A stretch of 64,000 bases of DNA from Octopus sinensis (GCF_006345805.1 NC_042998.1:106454001-106518000), one strand, 5' to 3'. Positions 1 to 13,529 are shown, counted from the first letter of the stretch. Notes: generated by a model from the sequence alone, not told the origin. Numbers and translations are program-made.

Positions 1-60
1 TCATTATAGCAAATATTCTGCTCAATACCACAGATTTGCTTGTTTGTTGCTGCACCTTAA
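1..60 (+). repeat. Fragment of the repeat family seen at 39307-39860
   Basis: aaatattctgctcaataccacagatttgcttg is the near-exact reverse complement of caagcaaatctgtggtattgaggagaatattt near 39721. Confidence 0.7.
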
Positions 61-2365
61 CTACAAAGTTTGAAGGAAATATTAGCCATTTTTCATAGTT
101 TCTAGGGGTAAGCAAATAGAAAATAACAGTTGCTACCCAAGAACAAAATCGTGATACACAGCGTAATCTAATGATTTGCCAGCCCACCAGCTTAAAACAC
201 TAGTTTAATAGTAAAAACCTAATTATTTTACTAAATCCCATCATTTTTTTAAAGTCAATTTAAACATACAAACAGTATATTTTATTACAAGTATGGTGAC
301 TTAAAGGATAGTAGACTTAGCTCAGTTATGGGAATGCCCCAGTTGTTAAGTTATTATGTATATCCATGTTTATTAAATCAAAGATTTTTTATACCTCAGT
401 TGTTTAAGTTCTGATAATTTCTAATAAAGATTATTCACAGCTAAGGTCTAATAAGGTCTAATAAAAGTGAAGCATGTCTGGAGTTGTCACTGATCAGACT
501 CAATGTTCATTGCATGTCCCTATTCAATTTTTGTTTACAGTATTTTTTACCTTGTCTATTTTTACAAGCATTTATCATTATGCTAATGATTGTTTTCTCC
601 TCACCACAACTATAATATTAATTCACTGATTTCTTTTGCTTCACTACATTATTTAACATTTACCTCCACCACTAAACTATTTGTTTTAATGCATAAGTCA
701 TTCCTAACTAGTTTTCTTCGGGCATTCCTTACAGTAAACTACAAAGCTGAAGTTAAGATATTAACTGTTGACCCTTTGTTTGACAGCTCTTTAGCCCAAC
801 CAGTTATAACTGCTCATTTTTTCATTAAATTTACACTATTTTAAAATCTCGGTCTTCAACTCTGAAGCAAATTACACAAATGCTATTAACTTTCATTCAA
901 AATATTATCTATCTAAATTCATTTCCTATCACATTGTGTTAAAAATAGCAATGCATACTATAATTTTTTCATATAACTATGGTTTGCTTTTAGTAAAACT
1001 GTCAGTACAATGTAATCTATGAGTAGAACTTTAGAAATTCAACACTTCAATAATGAAAAAATATCAAAATAAAATTACATATCTTTATAAATTTTGCCAT
1101 AAATGTGATGTTTTTAAAAGTTTTCTGTAAAACACTAAATTAAGAGATAATTAAAATTGGTTAAAACTGGTTCTTTTATTATAAATGGATTAAATTGTTA
1201 AGTGTACGTAAAATTCAATGAAAACTATATCAGATGACTAACAAACTAAACTGGAATAAAATATGTAATCTTTATATATTTCAATATATTTCAGTTCTAT
1301 GAATTTAATTTTTTTTAAATTTAACTTAGCTGTTCTAGACCAAGGTAGAAATAACTATTCTTACCCTTCCAACCTTAACCATTGCTTACCCCAGGAAGTG
1401 CTTCATTTTCCCCTTCTGTTTGTTCTATCTTAATTTAGTGGCCCATGAGAAAATACTGCTTCACTGTAAAATTTATTTCCTTCCTTCACAACTTGCCTAT
1501 AAACTTTACCAGAAATATACATAAAATGAAATATGTGGAAACATACAGATAAATCAAATTATCTGTGAAGCAAAATTGTAAGGGGATTGCTTCTCTATTT
1601 ATTATAGGAAACAATATAGTGTTTGTACATCATTTGCAATCTCCACAGCCAAAGTTTTCAAACAGATAATTGCAGATTCATCAACATTATATATGTTTCA
1701 GGTATTATGAATTGCCTTGTGTCTTCTACATAGATATATTAATTAACTATGTGGCTAATATATTATAAGCAAATCAGGTAAATTATTAATGTTATATGCA
1801 AATAAATTACTTCTATATGTATACTGATTTAGATTACTAGTTCTCTAGATAACTGCAAAATGAAGGTGCATCTTCCCTGAAATAGGGATGTAAGAGAATA
1901 CCAGAAAGAATGATAGGATATTTAAACAATATTTTCAATTTGCAAAGTTTAAGCTTTCAACTGTATTTGCTCAAAATTAGTACATGTTCCAAGTATTAGG
2001 CAATGCTCTGTATAACTATATACTATTTAATAAATAGTTATATACATATATATATATTTCATGGTACTTATATATATATATATTTTATGATTGTTTGTAT
2101 ACATACATTTGTATTCCCATGTGCATATTTATATGTGTGTATAAATGTCTATGATTTCCATTTTATGAGAAAAGCTGCACTTTATAAACAATTCATTAGG
2201 AACTACTTTGTTTAACTCAGCTATAATTAAAACAGGTAGATGTTCAAATTAAGTTTATTCCAGACAAACCTTCAAAACATCAGATTATTATTGGACGTTT
2301 AAACATATTCTTCCATCAAGCATTATACTCAAGAGTTGTTGATTTTGTTGTTTTATTTTTTTTAT

Positions 2366-3045
2366 TCTTTTACTTGTTTCAGTCATTGGGACACCACCTT
2401 TAAGGGCTTTTTCGACTCAGTCAACCCCAGCACTTAATTTTTATCTGATATTTAATTTATAGGGCCCTTTTGCCAGATCACAAGGTCATGAAGTTGCAAA
2501 CAAACTAACACCGGTTGTCAAACAGTGGGAGAGACAAGCACAAAAATATGCACATATATATATGCATATACAAACATACAGACACAAAACACACACACAC
2601 ACACATATATACAACAGGCAACCACACAGTTTCCAAATTGATTCACAAGGCATTGGCCAGTTCAGAGCTATAGTAAAAGATACTTGCTATGGCACCATGC
2701 AGTGGAACTGAACTCAAAGCCATGTGGTTGCTAAAAGAACTTCTTGTGGAGGTGCATGGCTTAGTGGTTAGGGTGTTGGACCCATAATCATAAGATAGTA
2801 GTTTGATTTCCTGGACTGGGCAATATGTTGTGTTCTTGAGCAAAACACTTCATTTCGCATTGCTCTAGTCCACTCAGCTGGCAAAAATATAGTAATCCTG
2901 CAACAGACCAGCGTCCTGTCCAGGTGGAGAATTTAAATGCCAAGGAAACAGGTAAACTGGCTCTTATGAGTTGGCATAACTCAAAAAGGCAACTTTGCTT
3001 GTTTTACTTAAAAGAACTTCTTAACCACACAGCTATGCCTGCAGC
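2366..3045 (-). mobile_element. Degenerate SINE family A copy interrupted by a family B SINE
   Basis: Similar to family A copies at 7094 and 13706; sequence resumes after the insert at 3009. Confidence 0.75.
2746..3008 (+). mobile_element. tRNA-headed SINE family B (OR1/CORE-like), nested insertion
   Basis: A-box-like tggcttagtggttagg and B-box-like gtttgattt; 14-bp TSD taaaagaacttctt at 2732-2745 and 3009-3022. Confidence 0.85.
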
Positions 3046-3879
3046 TGTTGGTGTTTTTATTGTTGATGTTGTCTTGCCTGATCAAGCAGACCTATGAACA
3101 AAGCATTCTAGTCATGACAATCCTTTGTTGTATATATGATTTGTAATTATATATATATGATTACATTACAACCCTTTGAGGTCCATATCAGAATTTTTTT
3201 CTTTTCTGTAAAACTTTATCCACAATAAATTGCTTATAATTCTTCAATATACCAAATATCTTCACAATTATTTTTTTATGCAATTCCTAATAATATTTAC
3301 GTCTAAAAATATAATAGAATTATTCTAAACATCACATAGCTATGAGGGTCCACCCAAATAAAAAAGAAATCAAAGGGGTCCATAGGTAAAATATGGTTCG
3401 CAACCACTGATCTAATGTTACGTGATGTGATGAAGATTTAGCTGCTATTTCTAGTAGATCAAGTGTTCTCATAGAGGCTCCCATTTGTGACATGTATACT
3501 TTCCCTACAAATAGGAGTGAATTAAAATTATAGCACTACTGACAAATAGACTATGATTGGCAGAATAATATCAGTACAAGCTACAATTAAGTAAATAGGT
3601 TAATAAATCTCATTATATTGCTATCAGTGCTAGTGTTATCAACCTTGACAGTGTGTGTACGTGCATGTGCATGTGTACATGTAAGCATGTGTGTGTGTGT
3701 ATGTGTGTGTGATAAGATTTAAACTCATCTTTGTTTTAAGACCACAAATGAAGTAAATCTAGCCCCAAGCCAATGATATTATTGTGTGCCACTTACCTAG
3801 CTTGTCATGGAGAGCGGGGTTTTATTCTGACAGATATTACCAAATGATTAACTGCTAAGATGTTAAATTGCAGCTCTCT

Positions 3880-4285
3880 CTACTCTTTCCTCTTTTACTC
3901 TTTTACTTGTTTCAGTCATTTGACTGCGGCCATGCTGAAGCACCGCCTTTAGTCAAGCAAATCAACCCCAGGACTTATTCTTTGGAAGCCTAGTACTTAT
4001 ACTATCAGTCTCTTTTGCTGAACTGCTAAGTTACAGGGACGAAAACACACCACCATCAGTTGTCAAGCGATGTTGTGGGGACAAACACAGAGACACACAA
4101 ACATATACACACACATACATATATATATATACATATATACGACGGGCTTCTTTCAGTTTCCGTCTACCAAATCCACTGACAAGGCTTTGGAGGCAAAAGT
4201 AGAAGACACTTGTCCAAGGTGCCACACAGTGGCAATGAACCTGGAACCATGTGGTTGGTAAGCAAGCTACTTAGCACATAGCCTA
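3880..4285 (-). mobile_element. SINE family A (tRNA-like head, internal TA/TG microsatellite, gtaaaaga tail)
   Basis: Reverse complement of the 7094-7503 copy. Confidence 0.9.
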
Positions 4286-4591
4286 CTTACCTGGTAAAGT
4301 CTAGAAGACATTGAAGTACAACTCAAAAGCTCTATATTTAATATCTTCAACCCCAGTACTATTCTGTGTCCTTAGCCTAGACATCTGATTTTAGCTGCTT
4401 CAAATGCTCAACTTCAGATCAAAGTAATCAGTCATCTTCAGCATCTTTGATATTCATGCTAATTAGAGGGCTCTGTGAGTGATTGCAGGTGTGTAGCAGT
4501 CTACTTCCTATTAAAATCATAACATTTTAATATAGAATATACAGAATTTAATGGATGGAAACTGTACAGAAGAGCCCATCACACACATGCA

Positions 4592-4628
<37 letters not shown>

Positions 4629-4894
4629 GCACACACACATATGCACGCACACGCATACACACATACAAGCATATACTTGTGTGTGTGTATGTGGTCAAGG
4701 ATGTAGACATCTCCAAGAAAACTAAAAAATGGTGCTCTTCAAGAGAAGTCTTTTTGATATTTGTTCTTCCCTGCTTTATAGGGAAGGTTCACAGGATTGA
4801 TCAGAAAATTGACCAATCAGTTTGAAGCTGTGGCATTGACAGTTTCTCGATTATTCTAGAGATTCATGCCTTTTTACCCAATTTGATTGTTGCC

Positions 4895-5292
4895 AGAGCA
4901 GCTAACTGGCTTCAGTGCTGGTGGCACATAAAAAGCACCATTTGAGCGTGATCATTACCAGCATCACCTTACTGGCACATGAAAAAACATTCAAGCAAGG
5001 TCATTGCCAGTGCCGCTGGACTGGCTTCTGTGCAGGTGGCACGTAAAAACACCATTTGGGCATGTCCGTTGCCAGTACCGCCTGACTGGCTCTCGTGCTG
5101 GTGGCACGTAAAAGCACCTGCTACACTCTCAGAGTGGTTGGCATTAGGAAGGGCATCCAGCTGTAGAAACTCTGCCAGATCAGATTGGAGCCGGATGCAG
5201 CCATCTGGCTCACCAATCCTCAGTCAAATCGTCCAACCCATGCTAGCATGTAAAGCGGATGCTAAACGATGATGATGATGATGATGATGATG
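4895..5292 (+). mobile_element. RTE-type 3' tail element with tandem ~60-bp units and (ATG)n tail
   Basis: Shares gagtggttggcattaggaagggcatccagc...cgatgatga end with the RTE at 55400-55611; repeated gtggcacgtaaaaagcacc units. Confidence 0.85.
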
Positions 5293-5560
5293 AAACAGTT
5301 TGGCACCTAAATCACGGCAGACCACAATAAACCTTTAAGTAAGAGTCCTCACTGTTCTCTTCCTCAAGCTTTAACAATGTGCAGCAGTTTTTGTGTCTGC
5401 ATTTTCTTCTTTCCCAGATTGCTAATGTCTAAGTCAACACACTAAATGTATTCCTACTTACAATTCCAATAACCAGTGAATCTGTGATAATTTGTGTATT
5501 TATATGCACAGTTTTCTATCAATAAAATATGGTTGAACATTCATGAGCTTGCCCTATTTA

Positions 5561-5754
5561 TTTCTTTATTGCTCACAAGGGGCTAAACATAGAGGGGACA
5601 AACAAGGACAGACAAAGGGATTAAGTCGATTACATCGACCCCAGTGCGTAACTGGTACTTATTTAATCGACCCCGAAAAATGAAAGGCAAAGTCAACATC
5701 GGTGGAATTTGAACTCAGAACGTAACAGCTGACGAAATACCGCTAAGCATATTG
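5561..5754 (-). mobile_element. SINE family C (Meta/MESC-like central domain)
   Basis: tcgaccccgaaa.atgaaaggcaaagtc motif shared with other copies; 16-bp TSD gagYttgccctattta at 5545-5560 and 5755-5770. Confidence 0.85.
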
Positions 5755-6024
5755 GAGTTTGCCCTATTTATACTTCATTCAGTCATCCCAATCTTTTGAT
5801 CATTTAATGGAATATAACATCATTCTTTCTCACAACCTATCATGTGCCAATGGTCTTCAGCAAACACAAAAATACCAGAACTAGCAACAATGATCAAGAA
5901 CTTGCGACAATGTTCTTGTTACATTCATCATCAGATGGCCACTCAGCCACGTGGATATACCTGAAATTGGCTGCTTGGATGTACCTGTAACCAACAACTC
6001 TAGAGTTCACAAATGGTGTATGGA

Positions 6025-6025
6025 A

Positions 6026-6074
<49 letters not shown>

Positions 6075-6125
6075 AAAAAAGAAAGAAAAAAGTAAGAAAA
6101 AAGAAAGAAAAAAGAAAAAAAGTAA

Positions 6126-6190
<65 letters not shown>

Positions 6191-6218
6191 AAAAAGTAAG
6201 AAAAAAGAAAGAAGGAAA

Positions 6219-6250
<32 letters not shown>

Positions 6251-6277
6251 GGAGAAAAGAAGGAAAGAAGGAAGGAA
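6025..6277. repeat. (GAAA)n-type purine microsatellite
   Basis: Direct reading. Confidence 0.95.
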
Positions 6278-6373
6278 TATTAAATTTAAAGGCCAGTACA
6301 TGGTATCACTTCCATGGTGTAAGAGAAAAATCTTACCTTGGATAGAGTGTCAGTCTAATATTTGTTATATTCT

Positions 6374-6592
6374 TAAGGCGGCAAGCTGGCAGAACTATTA
6401 GCACACCAGGCAAAATGCTTAGCAGCATTTCATCCATCTATACATCCTGAGTGCAAATTCCATCAAGGTCAACTTTGCCTTTTATCCTTTCAAGGGCAAT
6501 AAAATAAGAACCAGTTGAGCATGGGGTTGATGTAATCAACTTCCACCCCACCCACAAAATTGCTGGTCTTGAGCCAAAATTTGAAACCAATG
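6374..6592 (+). mobile_element. SINE family C
   Basis: ggcggcaagctggcagaa head; 13-bp TSD tttgttatattct at 6361-6373 and 6593-6605. Confidence 0.85.
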
Positions 6593-6719
6593 TTTGTTAT
6601 ATTCTCAGATGATGTTGTACCTTAATCTAACAGCAAGATTAACTAAGGCAATGGCAAATAATAAAGTCTTTGCTTTAAAAGCAAAAATTAAAAACTGTAA
6701 CATAATAGGTGCAGTTGAT

Positions 6720-7060
6720 ATTACTGGTAGTTTATTTCATTGACCCAAAAGGGTGAAAGGCAAAGTTGACCTCAGTAGTATTTGAACTCAGAATGTAAAG
6801 AGCCAGAACAAATACTGCATGGAAATTTATCCGATTCTCTAATAACTCCTGAGTCTTCTTTTTGATAATCCTTTCTACGATAAGTACAAGACCTGAAATT
6901 TTGTGGGAGGGGTCTAGTTTATTACATCAATCCCAGTGCTTAACTGGTACTTGTTTTATCAACCTTGAAAGGATGAAAAGCAACGCTGACCTCAGTTGGA
7001 ATATGAACTCAGAACGCCAAGACACAAAATACTGCTAAGCGTTTCACTGCACATGCTCAT
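6720..7060 (-). mobile_element. Two partial SINE family C copies
   Basis: Two aaagg.tgaaaRgcaa...tgaactcagaa blocks. Confidence 0.75.
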
Positions 7061-7093
7061 CACTTTAATAATAATAATAATAATAATAATAAT

Positions 7094-7503
7094 AGCGCAG
7101 GAGTGGCTGTGTGGTAAGTAGCTTGCTAACCAACCACATGGTTCCGGGTTCAGTCCCACTGCGTGGCACCTTGGGCAAGTGTCTTCTGCTATAGCCCCGG
7201 GCCGACCAATGCCTTGTGAGTGGATTTGGTAGACGGAAACTGAAAGAAGCCTGTCGTATATATGTATATATATGTGTGTGTTTGTATGTCTCTGTTTGTC
7301 CCCCTAGCATTGCTTGACAACCGATGCTGGTGTGTCATGTCCCCGTCACTTAGCGGTTCGGCAAAATGAGACCGATAGAATAAGTACTGGGCTTACAAAG
7401 AATAAGTCCCGGGGTCGAGTTCCTCGACTAAAGGCGGTGCTCCAGCATGGCCACAGTCAAAATGACTGAAACAAGTAAAAGAGTATAAAAGAGTAAAAGA
7501 GTA
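7094..7503 (+). mobile_element. SINE family A, full-length (OR2/CORE-like)
   Basis: gcgcaggagtggctgtgtggtaag head, gggttcagtccc B box, ccttgggcaagtg core, (gtaaaaga)n tail. Confidence 0.9.
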
Positions 7504-7544
7504 ATAATAATAATAATTATTATTATTATTATTATTATTATATT

Positions 7545-7762
7545 TTCAAGTTTCAAATTTTGGCACAAGGCAAGCAATGTTGGGGAAGGAAGTAAGTCAG
7601 TTACATCAACACCAGTTCTTGACTGGTACACATCTTATCTATCCCAAAAGGATGCAAAACAAAATTGGTTTTAGCAGAAGTTGAACTCAGAATATAAAGA
7701 TGAACAAAATGCCATTAAACATTTTGTCTGGTCTGCTAACAATTCTGCCAGTTTGCCAGCTT
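7545..7762 (-). mobile_element. SINE family C, diverged
   Basis: Reverse complement of the 6374-6592 family. Confidence 0.7.
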
Positions 7763-9528
7763 ATCTCAAGCTTTAATAATGATAATACCATTACTTGATT
7801 TAATTCTTGTCCTTGGATACCTCTAATTGTGTTCACTGTGTTTCAGACCCAATCTCCAGTCCATAGATAACATTCTTCCCTTCCTTACGTCAGCCAATGA
7901 GTCTTTGAATAAAAAGTGTCAAGGATGCTACTCTTCATCTGACTCTTTATTCTGATTTGTCCAACTTGGTACACTAAACATCACTAACAACAACAACAAA
8001 TACTAAGTGTTTAACTGACTACTGTTTTATCATTTGTTTTATTTGAATGAAATTAATGGAATTATCAACAACAACAATAAGAACAGGAACAAAAGAAGTG
8101 ATTATGCATTCCTTAGGCAGATAATTTCTTAATAATCAGTTGAAGTCTATGTTGGACACTGGATTCTGCATGACTTGTAAACTATGAAAACTAGCTACAG
8201 GGCTCTTCTGATAAATTTATCAGCAAATTTAGTGAGAAATGACACTTTGCAAAACTCATTCTGAGCAGTTATTTAACACCTTAAAGGCTGTCCCATTTTC
8301 TCAAGTATGTATATTTATCAAAGGTAGTTGTAGTATGAATAAAGTGATTTGGAGCTCAGAATCCATAGCAAATTGAAGATCCCTTTTCCTGGGAATTATA
8401 TCTTCCATTCTATCATAATCATTATGTCTATCTTCATCACCATTGTTGTTATCATTGCCATTGTCATCACCATCATTGTCATTATCACATTATCAACAGC
8501 AGCAGCATAATTTTTGCATCCACTTTTCACCCTAGCATAGGTTAAGTAAGTCATTATGATCCAAGTCAGTTCTCATTCAAAATTACTGACATCTTAGACA
8601 GATTTGAATCTAACATCTTGCTCAAAACATTTCATTTTGACATGGTTTCTATAGTTGGATGCTTCTCCTATCACCAGCCACTTTGATGATGCACTGGGTG
8701 CATTTTATTATGATACCAGTTCCATAGAGATTGTTTTGTCCATGGCCCGAATAAAGGCCCTCTTAACCCAACTTTTATCCTCCTCATTTGTTAACCATGT
8801 GTGTAAGGTGCATTTTATTGTAACACAAACTCTTGAAAGATTGCTTTGTCCTTGGCCAAACTAAATGGTTCTTTCAAACTTACACTTTCTCTGTTCATTT
8901 GTTAATATTTACAGAGTGTGCTGGGTATATTTTAATCAAGACACCAACACTAATAAGATTGATTTGTGACCTATGAGGCTAAAAGGTCATCACTGCACTG
9001 TTTCCATTCATTCAAGGTAAACAAAATTATTGCAAATAACAATTTTCTTTAGTAGTAATTAATGAAAGTAAAATATTACTTTATTATAGAGGAAATGTAT
9101 TCCATCAACACAAAGTGGTTAGAAACTTGACTGCTAAAAATAGCAGCCAAATTTCCATCAAATCACACTCTATCATTTAAAATAAAGAGAAATTGATATT
9201 GGATAATGTCATCCTAAATACACTGTCTTTCAGTTTATTTGTTTTTTTTTTTTTTGAAAAATAATGGAAATAATGAAATCTACATTAATAGAATTTATAT
9301 ATGAAAGATATTTAAATAATGGATATTAATGTGTTAGACCAACCAAAACACTATGGCCTAAGATTCTGGTATAATATCTACACATATATCTGGGCAAATG
9401 TGATGTACATTTGATATAACTGAAGAAGAGGAGCTAATGTGAGAATAAGGATATAAAACATGGTAAGACATCTATTTGATAAGAAATGATTGCCAAAGGA
9501 AAACAGGAGTAAAACTGATCAGTCTTCT

Positions 9529-9574
9529 TGTTGTTGTGTTGTTGTTGTTGTGTTGTTGTTGTTGTTGTTGTTGT

Positions 9575-9605
<31 letters not shown>

Positions 9606-9625
9606 CTTGTTCTTGTTCTTGTTGT
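9529..9625. repeat. (GTT)n/(GCT)n trinucleotide microsatellite
   Basis: Direct reading. Confidence 0.95.
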
Positions 9626-10299
9626 TTATTCACAGGTAAGCCCTCATCAAGAAGATATGATCGAAACATTCCAAACATTCATCCCCAGACATGATTTTAT
9701 TTTTAAAATGGTAGGATATGATATCTAAGAGGCTTAGTTACTATTTCTAGCTGGTTGAACAACCCCATAGAAGTTCCCATGTTTTATACATGTAACAAAA
9801 ACTTCTAATATCCAAAATATGAGTACTAAACCACGACACAAAATGTTCAATAAAATAGCGCTGCCATTGTGTTTCAAGACACATAGATATTAATGCTTGC
9901 TTGCTGTCAATTTCAATTATTCAAAGTCTACAGACAGAATTATTTTCTCCTCCTCTTTCTTTTGTGCATATAATGGACATAACTCCATACATTTTTAGTC
10001 TCTCTTACTAAAAAATTGTCACCACAACTTCACTCAAACAATTCTTCACAGGTATAATGCTGTGCTAGAAATGCCAGCCTTCAACTTGGTAACACCAAAA
10101 TTCATGCCTTTGCTTTGTTTTTATTTCCATTCTGATTCACACTAGGACAGCCCTTTACTAGTTTGCCTGTTACCACTTCTATGCTACAGTTTAATGCAAG
10201 CATATGGGCAGCTTTTTTCAAGATGTGGACCACAGGAGACATGGCTCCTCATCACATAGGCTACAGTACTAAAAAAATTCAAGGTAATTTTCCATTTAA

Positions 10300-10519
10300 C
10301 CCTTTAGCATTCAGGTTATTTTGACAAATGCATTGTTTGTTTATTCACATTGTTTTGAGTTAATCATGTATCGTCTTGTAGCTTTGAGATTTAAAAAGAT
10401 CTGATTGCTTATTTCTAGAATTACATTATAGGGTAGATGGTAGTGGCCAGATCCGGCTAGTTTGAACATAAAACAGTAGAATATTTTGGTTGGATATAAC
10501 CAGTTTAACTGCTAAAGGG
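10300..10519. mobile_element. MITE with TTAA-type target site (piggyBac-like ends)
   Basis: TIRs ccctttagca / tgctaaaggg, flanked by ttaa (10296-10299) and ttta (10520-10523). Confidence 0.7.
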
Positions 10520-11180
10520 TTTAGCATACCATTCAAAAAATCCTATGGGCCACAGTTTGCCCATAACTGGTTTAAAAGTTACAGTTAGTGATGGCATGCT
10601 ATTTAATAAAATATGATAATTTTTCAGTGAGGCAGGCATTTTTTTTCTTTTGTATCTTCATTACTATTCCAACCTAAGGCTGCACAGAACAAAAAATAAT
10701 TTAAATGCTCTTAAAAACATAATAAAAAAGAAATGCGCAGGAAAGCAAAATATATATAAATAAAATACAAATAAAGTAAATGCATAAGTAACTTCATTAT
10801 TAAGCAGCTATATGACTAAATTGGGAATTTTGAGATGATTTTATTGACATAAGATGCAAATGTAAATTGCACTATATTGCAATTGTTGTAGTAAGGCATG
10901 TGTTAGCTAATACTATTCTCTGAATTTAATGCCGAATGTCACTTTGAAAATATTTTTGCTTTCATTCTTTACCTGTTTTGATTTTTTTTTTCTGTCTTTC
11001 ATCATATCCTGCAGAAATAATTTACTTTGATGAAGTTTATACTAAGCAAGCCTCATGGTTTCTAGCAGGCAATCAATCCATCAGTGCAATACATTAAAAC
11101 ATTTTCAAAGGGAAGGAAATATTGCATAATAAATTGCATATGGATGCATGTGTGTGTAAGCATGCATGGATGGACACACA

Positions 11181-11217
<37 letters not shown>

Positions 11218-11241
11218 ACACACACATACACATGAGTATGG

Positions 11242-11274
<33 letters not shown>

Positions 11275-11633
11275 TATGTTGCATGCACACAACTGCATTT
11301 TGTGTTTGTTGTTTTTGCTCTATGTCAGTCCTGCCCTGTTGGTGTAGATTCGTAACTAAAGATGTTCCATCTATGACCTTCCAATCTACATTTATATTTT
11401 TATACCTCCAGAACTAAATTACCAAATGTCTTATTGCGTCTTTTATTTTTTAAGATGATAGAGTATGATATAAAGGAAGTTTGGTTTCTATTTCTAGCAG
11501 AGTGGATGACTCTTGTCGTACAGCAGTAAAAACCTGCAGAAATCATAAGAAAATACATACAAAACAATTAAGATGGCTGTCAGTAAAGGATTGGACAACC
11601 AAGTAGCTTACATCTTATGACCAATTTTACATT

Positions 11634-11802
11634 ATTCTCTTACTCTTTTACTTGTTTCAGTCATTTGACTGTGACCATACTAGAGCACTGCCTTTAGTCA
11701 AAAAAATTTACCTTAGGACTTATTCTTTGTAAGCCTAGTATTTATTCTACCGGTATCTTTTGCTGAACCACTAAGTTATTGGAATGTAAACATACCAGCA
11801 TC
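11634..11802 (-). mobile_element. SINE family A, 3' half
   Basis: tactctttacttgtttcagtcatttgactg end shared with family A. Confidence 0.8.
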
Positions 11803-11884
11803 ATGGGAACTTTTTATTGACTTCTGTGCTAAATATCTCTATAGCCTCCTCCTCCTCCTCCTCCTTTTTATCAAGTGCTTCAAC

Positions 11885-12160
11885 AATATCATCTTGTATC
11901 GTTAAGCATCCACATCTCACTTTTATATTCTGGTCTGTGTCTCTGAGTCCTCCAAGCTCTCAGTCTGAACTCTCTAATCATTAACTTGTGTTGGTATGCA
12001 CATTCTTCACAAGAGAAAAACTTTGCATTCATAAGAATCTGTCTATCCCGTTTTTCTGCTGTGAATGTTTTCAATCTGGCTCGTGTGGCCACCAGACTGA
12101 TAGCTGATCAGGTGACTGGCCGACTGGCTGGCTGGCTGGATGGTTCCCTGAAGTTTATGT
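11885..12160 (-). pseudogene. RTE LINE fragment (end of endonuclease and linker)
   Basis: Translation KRDRQILMNAKFFSCEECAYQHKLMIREFRL...MWML resembles the RTE EEC..QH.L motif that follows the APE domain. Confidence 0.6.
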
Positions 12161-12391
12161 TGCTGATCATTAGGTCATTTACATCACAGAACTCCGCTAG
12201 CCTGGCTCCCCCGCCTACCTAAATATACTGGAGGAATGATATTTCATATCTATATATGTAAGCATCATACATACACCCATCTCACCACACATTCACATGT
12301 GCACAAATGCACATACATATACTTCACACATATACACACATATAAGAAAGTATGAATGACAAGAGGTAGTACACCCAAACATTGTACCTAT

Positions 12392-12781
12392 GGATGGAAG
12401 CACTCCGTCGGTTATGACGACGAGGGTTCTGGTTGATCCGAATCAACGGAACAGCCTGCTCATGAAATTAACGTGTAAGTGACTGAGCACTCCACAGACA
12501 CGTGTACCCTTAACGTAGTTCTTGGGGATATTCAGCGTGACACAGAGAGTGACAAAGCCGGCCCTTTGAAATACAGGTACAGCAGAAACATGAAGTAAGA
12601 GTGAGAGAAAGTTGTGGTGAAAGAGTACAGCAGGGATCACCACCATCCCCTGCCGGAGCCTCGTGGAGCTTTAGGTGTTTTCGCTCAATAAACACTCACA
12701 ACGCCCGGTCTGGGAATCGAAACCACGATGCTATGACCGCGAGTCCGCTGCCCTAACCACTGGGCCATTGCGCCTCCACAT
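12392..12781 (-). mobile_element. tRNA-headed SINE family D (OK-like), full-length
   Basis: Minus strand ggaggcgcaatggcccagtggttagggc...ggtttcgattccc A/B boxes; 11-bp TSD attgtacctat at 12381-12391 and 12782-12792. Confidence 0.9.
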
Positions 12782-12906
12782 ATTGTACCTATACATAGAT
12801 GAAGAAGAAGTAATGAGTTGCCAGGGAATAAATCACATGTCTTTATTAAAGATAGTGGCCAGGAGTGAGGAGGTGGGAGAAGTGGGTAAAAGTGCGCAGA
12901 CACATA

Positions 12907-13129
12907 CAGTAATCCCTCGACTATTGCAGGTGATAAGTTCCAAAAATCCCTGCGATGGGTGAAAATCCATGAAGTAGAAACAGTACTATACTGTATATTC
13001 TTTCTTATTATTTTTATAATTTGTATATATTTATTTTATTATAAATGCAAAACAACACCACAGAGAAATCGAAGTATGCTTAAATAATAAACCATGATAG
13101 GTGAACCATGATATGGCGAGGGGTTACTG
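12907..13129. mobile_element. Tigger/pogo-like MITE
   Basis: TIRs cagtaatccctcg / cgaggggttactg with TA on both sides. Confidence 0.8.
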
Positions 13130-13392
13130 TATACTGTTTTCTCTACATGAAATATCTAATGAAATACAACTATTATTATTGCTTGGACTTTATAATAGTA
13201 ATTTTATGAATTACGTCTATGTATTTATTCTGCAAGATTCCTAATATGAAATAGTGTGTTGCAACAAATATTGTTATATTTAGAGATAGTTGTTTCTTTT
13301 TTTTTTTTTTTTTTGCCAGTAAAAATAAATACACACATTACATATTCATTCTTCACTTCAGCTTTTTTATTATTCTTATGTTAGTGTCCTTT

Positions 13393-13435
13393 GTCTGAAA
13401 TCTTTTGTCACACATCCTGTGACCCCTTCAGGGAC
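13393..13435 (-). ncRNA. Decayed type I hammerhead-like motif
   Basis: Minus: gtcc ctgaagg ggtcacag gat gtgtgac aaaa gatt tc agac; helix II good, core mutated. Confidence 0.4.
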
Positions 13436-13529
13436 TCACTATCCCACATGTCTCCTTCTGTCCTGTTTATTGCATTCTCATGTGTTTATTTGGTAAAAAA
13501 AAAAAAAAACACTATCCCAAAATGCAATA

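Noticed and set aside
4690-6020. Coding-like minus-strand patches between SINEs (possible old DNA transposon)
   Set aside because: Fragments are short and stop-ridden and I cannot assign a family; needs BLASTx.
5894-6345. Lys/Arg/Glu-rich ORFs
   Set aside because: (GAAA)n repeat translation.
9472-9728. Poly-Q / poly-C ORFs
   Set aside because: Translation of a (GTT/GCT)n microsatellite; no coding context.
12700-12781. Functional tRNA gene
   Set aside because: It is the head of a TSD-flanked SINE; no complete cloverleaf or terminator.
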